Assembly (NCBI GenBank): GCA_965655095.1
Contig: OZ296648.1
Span: 155,682,001-155,746,000 of the forward strand
Source of the DNA: Haplodiscus bocki
Taxonomy: Eukaryota
Direction: 5' to 3'
Length of the DNA stretch: 64,000 bases
Shown here: piece by piece, positions 42,450-53,399 of the stretch
Layout of the letters: the number at the start of each line of letters is the position of its first letter
Position numbering within the stretch: position 1 is the first letter of the stretch
Translations under genes and position numbers: made by a program
The notes under the pieces: model-generated
The model's database searches: none
Told to the model about the DNA's origin: nothing
Seen by the model: the letters and a program-made list of their open reading frames with translations, nothing else

Positions 42450-44505
42450 GTTTGTACTTCAGTTTCGTTCAATCCTTTTTAAAGAATAAAGTCTTTTAGT
42501 TGATTTTAGACCGGACCAATTAACAAACCTTCTGTTTTAGTGAGCGTGCGCTAATTAAATATGTTTGGAACTCAATTGAACACACATTTATTTCGTTTGG
42601 GCGTAACTGTTTCATTGTGGCTCCTGTAACGGCTGTACGAGAACACTCTTTTCTTATACTTTAGACTGGCCTTGGTCCGTCCAGAATGTTTGAGAGGACT
42701 GAATAATTTTCTTTTGTCGAAATAGCTGCCACTTTGGCTGTTTCCACAACTTCAATGGTGTCTTTGAGCTTGCAGCAATCTTCATTTCAAATCTCTCTCT
42801 GATTGGAACTTTGCCTGCATGCTCTAGCATAAAGAATTGCTGGTCAAAATATCGAATTTCAGATCGACTATACTTCGCTGAGTTAAATAATAAAATTAGA
42901 ATATCCAATATTGACAGCTAATAATAACCTTACGTTAAACATCGCATAACTCGTGAAAAAAAAACATTCGTAAAATCAAAATACTGAAACTTATCAACCA
43001 TGTTGGGACAGGAGGTTACCATGGGAACCAAACCAATTAAAATATTCCAAGGTTTTCAGATTTGGGCAAAACATATAATCTAAAAATGTGTAAAGTAATA
43101 GTATCCGTTGAGAAGTATTTCTATAAAAGCACTCAAATGGGGCGGATCAGAGTCGAGAATTGGGCTACACCATATTTCACATTTGAGAGGGGCGAAAACA
43201 CAGGAAATGACATTAAAGTTATGTAAATCGTCAAATTTGTCATTAAAACATGTGAAATCTCAAGATTTTTGACAAATTAAAATATAAACCAAAGTCAAAA
43301 ATGTCCAGTAAATGAATGACGAATAACTTCTGTCATCCAGTGAATTGAATTTATTAGCAAATCAAGAATTAAATTAGAAACTAGCTCTTTATATAATAAA
43401 TCTTGTAAAAATATGAGTTTTCATGTAATTTTGTGGCGAAAGAACTATTTCGCAATGCTAAAAATGTCCCGTTGTGGATCTAAACGTCTCAAAGCACATG
43501 TTACGAGATAAACTCCAGGTGTAAAGCCTTTTAGTGAAAACATCGATAATGAGTCTATCATAAGGTGTACAGAAAAGTCAAAACAATCTGTTTGTTAGAG
43601 TTTCAGCTGCGAAGGGGGGCCGTTGGGCGCGGAAAATTAATTTTTTTGTCTGGGATTTGGCTGGATGTCTACACACAGGTGTAGCATAGGAAGTTAGGAT
43701 ATGACACCTAAGCACAGGTCGAAAACGCCACCTGACCTTGAAATACGGCACTTTGAAGGTTAGGGAAGGGTGAGGAGTAGAATTCAATATTTTCTTTTGT
43801 TGGGCAAAATATGCTGGAAGGCAGCAAGTTGAAATCCTCTTCTATTGGGCTTTCGATAGGGCTGGCTTGTGGATCAAAATGAGGAATCAAAGATAGGATA
43901 GGTACTACTTTAAGTCAAGTTTAAAGTACTTTAATGCAAGTATTCTGGTTTTTAGTCATTTTCCATCTCCGACCGCTACAGCTCCAGCTTTGACGTTGGC
44001 GATTTTTGAGTAGCAAACATTTTTTTTCACAGACACGCGAGTCAAAAACTCAAAAACGTTCATAAAAAATTGTTTGGTGGGACACTGGGAAATGTTTTTG
44101 TTGTTTGATCAGAACGGACTGATCCCACAGCCTGCAGCTATTAGTTATCTACGCCTAACTAGAATTGTCTGAAGTTACATGTGAACTTTTTTCATTCAAT
44201 CATCTTCAATTTCAATAACTTTTGTGATGGCAATTAAACTGCGTGTGGGCGATGAGGAGTAATATTAAAATTGTCATAGTACCAAGTGTGGTTTTTCTGA
44301 GATCTAGTTCTGCTGAAAACGGAAAAATGGTAAGTTTATTTTTTGTTTCTGTACCTAAGTATTAAATGTTGATTCTTACAAACACTTGGAAAAAAAAATT
44401 CAGGTTTTTTGAAAAAAAGTTTCGGAACCGGATGTTTGTGTGTGATTTTTTGATGTCGTCTGGTTTTCAGCCATTCGAGAAAATAATTGATAGTTTGAAT
44501 TACAG

Positions 44506-44862
44506 GAAATGTTTAGCGACATGTCGTACGGCTATCAATATCCACAATCGGCGGGACACGGTACTCCCAATTTAAGTGGCCCAAACGCAATGTATGGCTC
44601 CGCTGCGGGAATGATGCCTGGAGCAACCTCAGTAATTAACAATCCACATGGGAGTTCAAACGCACCACCTCCTCACCATTTTCGGATGGGCGCAACCCCT
44701 AATAATGCTCCACCGACACACCCCCAACATCAAGCTATCAGGGCAGCGGGTCCCCAATACTTCAATTCCATCAATTCTCCGATGAACTCAGCAGCTGCCG
44801 GCTACATGATGGCAGGAACTCCCAAAACCTTCTCCAATTCTCACCATCCTGCTTTGTTCAAG
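44506..44862 (+). CDS. ZMIZ1: ZMIZ-family coding exon 5
   Basis: Acceptor attacag|GAA, donor AAG|gtacgc. Phase 0->0. P/G/N-rich. Confidence 0.82.
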
Positions 44863-45272
44863 GTACGCCATCTTTCAAATCTTCCAAAATTGTTATCTCT
44901 TTGAGTAATTCAAAAGATATATTTGACAAATTTCGCCCTGTCCAGCAAGTAATCAATTAAGAAAATGTTTGAGCTGATTCAAAATAGAACCTTCTACAAT
45001 GGTTCTTGAAAATTACAATTCGTTTCCTCAGCGTATCCTCCTGATGACGTCTCAGATTTTTCAAATATTGGCTGAAGAATGGTCATTGTATGAATGGGAC
45101 TAGTTAGTTTTTGAAAGTAATTCTTGGGCCACCTGAGAATCCGATCGATATCTTGGAAATGTTTTCGTTGATGTAGAAATATTCTTGGTAAAATGGAATA
45201 ACTTCTGGATATATTTTGAGTGATAAATCAACTTTTTTGTATGATAAAGTAGTCGAAATTCAACTGTTTCAG

Positions 45273-46309
45273 GTACCAACCAACAGCAATTATCCACCTA
45301 CTCAACAACCTTTACCTGCTCCTAATCAGATGCCATCAGGTAGTTTAAAGCAGGCAGCCGCAGTAGCACAATTCCAACAACAACGCCAACACTTAGCTCT
45401 ACAACGTCAAAACTCAACTCCGGCGGCTATGATGGGAAATATAGCTATGAACCCTTCTGGGCCAACCTCACATTCTTTCTCTAGAATAACGCCTCCTAAC
45501 AACAATTCAATGTTTCAACACCCTCAGCCTACAAGCTACAGTGCCAATAACCCCTCTGTTGGCGGAAACCAGTTAGTCACTTCTCATGGACATCCTTCAG
45601 GGCATCCTGCAATGGGGGTAACTCCCAACATGATGCACTCCGCTGCAGCAGCTGCTGCAGCCGGCATGCAAGCCAACTCAGCGGCTGGGTCCCACGTGAG
45701 CAACACCAATATTCAATCACCTGCTGGGTTGCTACCTCCAAACGGTATGCAACCTCAACATCATCAGTTTCATCATCAAACACAACAGCAGCAACAACAG
45801 CAATTCATATCATCTATGAACCAACAATCGAATCAACAGCAGCAGCAGCAACAGTCTGTAAGAAGTCCGGCTGCTTCTGTGAACACCTTCAATTATCAAA
45901 ATCCATCTAACCAAGCTCCTAAGTCGGGTACTCCTGGTGCGTCTTCGAATGCAGCAATGGTTCTAGCATCTCCTAACCAAGTTCAACTGGTAGGATCGCC
46001 CTCAGCGGTGCCTGTTTGTTCCTCTAGTGTAAACGCATCTATGATGTCAATTATGTCAGCAAACAACGGTGCCGATGTCAAACTTTCCTCAGTGTCTGCT
46101 CTTGCATCAAAAAATGACGTCATCAACAACAACTCGGTCGCCGAAAAAATTCAGACTCCTCCCAAGAATGAGGACCTCAGGCTGATGTTTCCTCAAGAAA
46201 AGCAAATCCTCATTGAACCTTTTCAAATAGATCATGAAAAAGGAAGAATAACGCGCACCTTCTTCATCAGCGAGGCAATGATCAACAAGCTACGGAACCC
46301 TCAAACTAG
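45273..46309 (+). CDS. ZMIZ1: ZMIZ-family coding exon 6 (Q-rich region and start of conserved pre-SP-RING domain)
   Basis: Acceptor tgtttcag|GTA, donor TAG|gtttgt. Phase 0->2. EDLRLMFPQEKQILIEPFQIDH resembles ZMIZ1 [21 protein letters not shown]. Confidence 0.88.
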
Positions 46310-46657
46310 GTTTGTTTTTGTTTCCCCGTTTTAAATTTTTCATGAGTATCAAGTTTTCCCAAGTTGAATTATCATGAATGTTATTGTAATTAGCAAATTC
46401 AATAATGGGGTATAATTGGCTTGCATGCATGGGCTCCCGATAGTCGCCAAGTTGTTTCAAAAATTGTAAAGTTTACAGATCCGACGTTGTTCTAATTTAT
46501 AATTTATACTGTAACCTTTGAAATATTTTAATGATTCGTTGGTTGATTTTTGCTGCAATTGATCTGTTGCCGAATGCCAAAGCTTGAAATATTTTCTATA
46601 AAGACTTTTGCTATTTCTATGTTTTCAACTCATCTGTAGTTTTGTTTGTTTGTGTAG

Positions 46658-46874
46658 TGCTGCAATGGATATACTGCTGAAGGCGAATAGCAAGAAGGAC
46701 CAACACAATGTGCAGATTCCCGAGTTTGCAACGATATACCTCAACGGACAGCAGCTGGTCAATAGTAACAACAGTAACAGCAGCAGTAGCATCGCCAAGC
46801 CTTTCCTCTTACCCAAACAGATGGTCGCCATGGGCAACAACAACCTCACAATCACAACCTCCCAGTGCTGCTGT
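46658..46874 (+). CDS. ZMIZ1: ZMIZ-family coding exon 7
   Basis: Acceptor tttgtgtag|T, donor TGT|gtaagt. Phase 2->0. KPFLLPKQMVAMGNNNLTITTSQCCC resembles ZMIZ1 [25 protein letters not shown]. Confidence 0.9.
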
Positions 46875-46890
46875 GTAAGTCGTTCCTTCC

Positions 46891-49800
46891 TGTAGAATTT
46901 TCAGGAATGTAACTTCCAACTCGATTAAACCGTAGTACCACTGTCCACGAGACGGGGGACCGGCCGAGATCCACAAAATATTTATAACTCCAAAATTAAT
47001 CAAAGGGAGATTCAACTTCGGAGGCGGTGGGGTTCTTCTGCAAAGTATATGCCTAACTCTGTAATTTTTATCGTTCAACTGAGAGGGGTGTCTCGTAGCT
47101 CTTTGACTGTTAGTTACGTAAATTGAAGAAATTTAGTGTCTGGCAAAGAATGTGAATTACTTTCTCACAGACAAATTTTCTCCGTCAATAAATACACTAA
47201 TAATAAGATAATAACTGTCAACAACACAATAACTGCAGATAATATAGCTGGTTCAGACTCACACATCCAATAATATCAATTAAATACTTCAATAAATACG
47301 TTTCAGTCAATTAAACAATTAATAGCATCGAATAATTTGGAGACAATTTATTACTATAACCTTCCGTTGTTAGTCAGTAAATCTCTCACTTATAGCGGAA
47401 TTGGATCGAACACCAAAACCACGACTCACAATTAATAAACGAAGAAATTCAAGTCTCACTAGACTTTCGAGCGAAGAAATAATCGATTTCAACAGTCCCG
47501 GAGGACTGTTCAACAATACTTCTCAAAATTACGATTTCCCAACTTCAGTCCTCGACTAAGTTGAAGAAAACAACAAACGGCTTTAAGCAAAGTAGCAACT
47601 GCCCGGCAATTCAACTCACTTTCTTTTGGCCTGTAATCGTAATCGTAACTGTTCTGATCCCAGATCAAAATAACGTTTCCGTAAAAATTCCAAAGAAATC
47701 CATAACTTCAGTCCCAGACTAAATTATGATCGCTCGAAAAAATACGACGGCTTTAAGCAAAGAAGCAACTGTCTCACAGTTCACTTTCTTTCCTTTTTGG
47801 CAGCGTTCAGGGATGCTCCTTTCGCTTACGGCACTCTTGGTTTCGTATTTTTACCGCTAGGGCTATTTTCGGCCTTGTTATTATTAATCCGGTTAATCGT
47901 ATCCATTAATTCATAAATTGACCTATCAATTTTTCGCTAGTTGATTCGTTTATTTCACTTCGGTACAATAATCATCAGTTTTGGTACTACTCGGTGTTTG
48001 TTTTCTTTGCTTACATCAGTTGTGATTAATTGATTTTGGTCGTATCCACTGGCAAAACGAGGGTCGTAAAAAATGAGTAAGAAAATACCTCTTCGTTTCC
48101 ATTCGTTTATGTCGCCATTTTGATTGACAACCTCTTTCGGCTGATGTGTCAGCTATTCTATTCGTCGCGCGTGACCAAGTAATTCCAAAATAAGTGGTTA
48201 AAATATCTTCCCTAACCATTCCCATCATAATATCCATGCAAAAATAAATGTCCGAAAAAAGGCGTAATTTTTGTCTAAAATTCAATAATTAATTGTGTCT
48301 ATCATATATGTCCTAAATATAACATGAGCACATCATTACACGCGGTATTCAATGTAGCTTCTAGCAATGTATACTTTGTTATAGTTATTTTCAATATTCG
48401 TTGTCGAAAAATGCGATTTTCTGAAAGTAGTCAAAATTCCATGTCCGAAAAATCGATTTTTGGTCATTCTGAGGTCATTTTTGTCAACGTATGATTTTTT
48501 TCCAGGGCGGGGGTGGTATTTTCCTGTTAGTACATTCAAGTAAGAGTTTTTTAACGAAAAGATGAGCTCTCTAGCTGGTCTCAAAAAAAAGTTATTCAAT
48601 TTTCCGCAAAAGTACCGATTTTGGCCATTTTTGACTACCTGGGTCCACCTTCAAAGTCGATTTTCTCAACGTACAGGCAAAATTTCGGAAAATCCTTGGT
48701 CAGTTTCCTGGGGGAGGTTGTTAGGAACATTGTGTTAAATTTTGGGCTTTCTATCTCTGCTGGCCTGCGGGGGGGGGGTAGCCGTTTTGCAAGTCGACAT
48801 TTTCCAAAATCCGTGATTTTAGCTAGCTGCAATTTTTTGGGGCGGCCATTTGTAGCTTACTATGCTTGTTCTATTGTTATTTTCCTTTCCTCCTAATAAT
48901 AAGCTTTCGATCGCTGTTAATATGATCGATTTCTATTGGCTACTCGTTAACTAATAAGCGAAAAACTGCGATTTTTGACGGTTTTAGGCTGTTTTGGGCG
49001 TTTTTTGGCTATTTCTCACTCAGTTCTCCAAAATGACTGAATATAATCGATTCATCTTTTCAGGGACATTATTCCATTCAAATATCTTCCGTTTAAGACT
49101 AATACGAGCTTTTTCTGATGCGTGGTTCGCTCAGAATAAATTTTTAACTGAAGTCAATTTGGCCATTTCTGGAGTGCACTTTCTGTTTACTACAATTTTT
49201 CAATATCTTAAATTCGTCCGATTTTGCTCATATTCCAAATTTAAGCTTTCCTATGGATGTAGTTTACAATGGTGCAAACCGTTTGTCGATATCTTTTTTC
49301 ATCTTCGAGAAATAAGCAAGCAAACATTGGGGAACATTAAAAAAACAGGTCTAATTTTGAGCAGCGTGAGCGTAAATATGCTAATACGTGGGGTGGTGGC
49401 GGCCGTGCGCGTGGTCAAAATTCATTCCAAAATCACTTCTATTGTATTCCTTTTGTATTTATAACAATTTGTGTCCACTCCGCTTTCACTTTTAAACGCC
49501 TCCAAAGTTGCAAGTGAACTGTGAAATCACAATTGTACCATTTTCCGGAACGTAATAATGTTCGTTTTGATTTTTCAACAATTTTTAATTTTCAGAATGC
49601 GGTGAAAATCACCCAACTTGTTCGTCTTGGAATGTAGTTTTCATTGGTGGAAACCGTTTTGCTCTATTCATAATAGTCTTCGAGAAAATGGACGTCAAAG
49701 TTGGGGTTCGAATTGGACCAACTTTTGAAATTTATACTGCTGTTGCTTTGCTATGTTAATACACGTGACAAGGTCGTTCTAAAATAACTATTACGTGCTC

Positions 49801-50086
49801 CGCGGCTTGTTCACATTCCAACGTCGTGCTTATTCAGTTCAATATTCACTTTTCACGTATCATTCTCACTGCTAAATTTCACTCAATTCACGTGCACTGA
49901 CTCAGCAAATTTCAATTTTGCAAAAATGGCAAATATGATGGACTTATTTCCTAATTTCTGACCATCAACCTATTTTCAGCTATTAAATACGTAACTTTAA
50001 ATCGCAAATGGAAGGTTCATAATATAGATCAAGGTTAAGATAATGTTGAAACAAAACAAAAAAAATTGTGTACTACAAATCCCACA
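46891..50086 (-). repeat. 3' LTR (3196 bp)
   Basis: Direct repeat of 59371-62551. On the minus strand it starts TGTGGG and ends TCTACA, and is adjacent to the PPT. Confidence 0.96.
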
Positions 50087-50098
50087 TTCCCCCCCACT
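50087..50098 (-). promoter_or_regulatory. Polypurine tract
   Basis: Minus strand AGTGGGGGGGAA immediately precedes the TG of the 3' LTR. Confidence 0.9.
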
Positions 50099-50443
50099 TG
50101 GAGTACTACTCTCCCGAGTAGTTGCCGGGGTTTAAAAAATTGTTTTCATCGTTCTAAATCACTTATCAGTATCCACGTGCAAGTAATTTCAACTGTAATT
50201 TGCTTTCAAAGTAACCTAGCTATAAAAACATCTTGAGTACCCTTGAAAATCAATTAACTTATTTCAATTCTAATTCGTCCAAGTGGTGGTACACGTTAGA
50301 TTGTTGGTCAATGCAGGACCTTTTCGTACGTCGCTCTGTAAGGAGGGCAAATAAATACAGGTGGGATCACCAGAGCAACATCATACAATGATATTATTAA
50401 CATCAAATAAATCTTACGTTTCATAGGAGGAGAAGTTTGCTGA

Positions 50444-52707
50444 CTAGTTTTTCATCAGCGGCTTTTTCGAGCTCGTTTCTCCCTGGGAGATTTTCGGGGG
50501 AGCAGACTTCTTTGCACTCTCTTTCTCTAACACACTTTCTTGCGCTCCGTCGATGTTGCTCAACTCCAATGCGGCGGCAGCGGCAGTCGCTTCATCGTTG
50601 CTTCTAAATCGTTCCACGTACTTCTTCATTGCATATAGCTTCCCCATCTTTAGGGCCCAGCCTAACAATAGTAACAGCCCCAAAGTAATCAAAGTGGCCC
50701 CACACGGCAAAATAACATCTCTCCAGATTTTCTTCACGATTGTTGTGTGAACTTCCTCAACCTCTTGCATAAATGGCTGTACTACTGCCGCCAACATTTC
50801 TTCAGTAATACGGCGATCAGGCAAACCTGCTAAATTCAACTTTAAGTGCGATAACAAATTCTGATGGACATCTCCCATCAGTTCAGGAGGGATAACATCT
50901 TCTAATTCTTTCAGTCCTTCGAATAAGGGACGCAGCAAGGGGGTGGGTAAAATTCGTACGATATCGCTGGCTTCTTGAATACATGTAAGGGGATCTGGAG
51001 TTAGGAATAAACCAGCGTTCGGAAGTTGCAACCTACCTTTACACGAGGGCTTAACTAAGCAACTTTGGCATCCCGGGACACGAATTTCTCCTTGCTCTGT
51101 CAAATTTTGCATTGTAAAATCTCCCTTTGCGGATGTTAAAAGATACGTCGAATCAAACAAATACAGGGCTTGCGGATGTTGAGGTAGCGCGACAACTTCT
51201 TGGGCACACAGTTTCAGGACGGTAGCGGGAAGATTAAAATACAGGCCGGTTAAGCAAGTGGTCTGCTGCGATTTAGTTGTCGAAAACGGTTGTTTACATA
51301 AGCGTAGCCGGTGCCAACCCCAACAATGGGTAGAAAGTTCCTGCTCGGTGACTTCCGCAAAATTCGTTTTATCCCATGACATCAACAAGTGCGTTTTCGA
51401 CAGATGGTATTGCGTCGCACGTTCGGTCTGCGGTATCGGTTGGGGAATAGGGGTTGCTCGGAATACGTCGTGCACTCCGTGTCCCGTATAAAGAGGTATC
51501 TCGATCAGCAAATGCAACCCCTCGTCCGGAATATAAGCGTCTCTCACAACTTCAAAAGTATAATACGCGGCTATTAGTTTTCTCGGAATCGCCTCGTTCA
51601 ATCCGTACATCTCAAACGTGTCTTAACTTTTCGAAAGGATCGTCGGAGGAATCAACGCTATCGGCAAGTATCCGTGAACTAATGAAGCCATCGCATCTTG
51701 CATTAAGGAAGCCATATTAGCCAGCGAAATACGTTGCTGGTTTACATCGTTTAGTAATCGACGGTATTGAATCGTTAAATTCTGAAGAGACGCTGCGATA
51801 ATAAGAGTGTTACGATGTCGGTCTTGCGTATGTCGAGCGACGCACTCTCCTTTTTCTACGTAGTCCTTAATCTCTTCAAGTACTCCTCTAATTGTCTCGT
51901 TTAACATTTCTACGTTTTCTTGCAGGCTTCTTTTCAAAGCGGGGAGCTTTCTCCTCTCAACGTCGGCCGGCATTCTAACCGTTATCGCTTCTAACAACTT
52001 AGACTTCAAATAGAAAACATTTTCTTCTAAATCCTTAACTTGCTCGGCTAAGGCTTCTATTTTCTTCCGTTCGTCTTCCTTACAAAGTGAACCAAAAGGG
52101 ACTAACTTGTCAACAAAACATGAAAATTTATCTGCTATCGGGGCCGTAAAGGGTCTTAGGAAAACTCTGGATAGTTCACTTCCTAACGCGGTTCCAACAA
52201 TTGGTACCAAGAGAGATCTCTTGTACCTATTCGGTCTTTCAAACGTTCGATCTTGCAAAGAGCTATTTAAAAACACAGTAAGCGATTGCCTCATAATCTC
52301 GAGATCCGTTTTGAAAATCTGATGACTCTGGAAAACCTCAGCTAAATTATCACGTAACAATTGCTTCCGATACGAGAAGAGGTGCGTGTCGGGGCATTCG
52401 TGTTGGAACATCCTAAGGTCTAGGTCATTCAATTCAAACAAAGCTTGATCCAAGATCTGATTCAAGGGTTTGGGATCAAGCTGGGGTATCTCGGGAAAAG
52501 GAATGTTGGTCCACAAGGTTTTAAGAGCTTTTACTAACGCTACCGGCGGTTGAGGTGTAAACGCAGCGCCTGAGATTGAGTGTGATCCATTGACAATTCC
52601 CAGAGTGTCTTGTCGTCTATGGAAGTCCCACTCCTATTGCCCGGAATTAGCACGGAATTAGGAACTCCTATTGCCGCAAAAACTAGGAATAACAACAATC
52701 TCCTCAT
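50444..52707 (-). pseudogene. env: env, class I / baculovirus-F-like fusion glycoprotein (one N-terminal frameshift, one in-frame TAA)
   Basis: Signal peptide MRRLLLFLVFAAIGV (ATG 52707). Furin site RYKR|SLLVPIVGTALG (52217-52228), heptad repeats, Cys-rich ectodomain and TM ILPCGATLITLGLLLLLGWAL. ORFs 51623-52516 and 50444-51610 are in frame, separated by TAA plus 4 codons. Confidence 0.88.
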
Positions 52708-52728
52708 CGTAAGGGAAGAAAAACGAAA

Positions 52729-52753
52729 CTTGAGGGAAAAATGAGGTAGTTAG
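52729..52753 (-). promoter_or_regulatory. Putative env splice acceptor
   Basis: Minus strand CTAAC (branch point), then a pyrimidine tract, then AAG|, 21 nt upstream of the env ATG. Confidence 0.6.
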
Positions 52754-53399
52754 AAATAAATGTTAATAGCACAAGACCGTGGACAGTGTAAGGCGTTAAA
52801 ACGACTGTTCATTAGGTTGGTCGGCAAGTGAATGACGGGAACAGCGTAAGTGAATTGCCAATCAATTCCGATCGTGGTGTCTCGTACCGCGACAATTGTG
52901 GAACGGGATTGGTCAATACGAACCATTAGTAGTTCGCTCGATGGGTTCGCCTAATCGGAACGAATGGTGAGCTTGCATTACTTCAGGCGACTCTGCTCAC
53001 CGGCAAGAGTCATGCCCGAAGTCTATCTTCGTTATTTACATCTATTAACAAATTCGTCTATCCCGAATCGCACAGGCAGTCTCCTAACTCTACTTTCTCG
53101 GCCTGTCGGGACATCCGAATCTCGTTGCGATTCATTTTGTGAATCATGGTCAGTGTCTAAAGGTCTTTCGGGTGCATCGTTACGCACGGTGCTCCTTTCA
53201 CTCTCGCTGTTTTCTGAGTCATCGCCCGGTATAGTTTCGTAGGCGGTCAAATGCGGCGAAGTCTGGCGTTCAACATTCTCATCGTGTGGTGTGTTTCCGA
53301 TTTCCGACTCGGAGTCTTGCTCTACGATTTCTGGTATCGTTTTAAACGTTACCTTAGGTCTATTTCTCGCGGCTTGCGACTCTGCCGTCGTCGTTTCAA

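Noticed and set aside
46809-47078. ORFs duplicated at 46809-47078 and 59346-59558
   Set aside because: Identical only because they lie in the LTR ends. They cross the element boundary and have no motif.
48994-49464. 156-aa + strand ORF within the LTR
   Set aside because: Truncated at 69 aa in the other LTR, non-ATG start, F/L-rich AT-biased composition.
52980-53022. Hairpin containing AUGA as a SECIS element
   Set aside because: No opposing GA for the quartet, no apical AA, and no relevant in-frame UGA.
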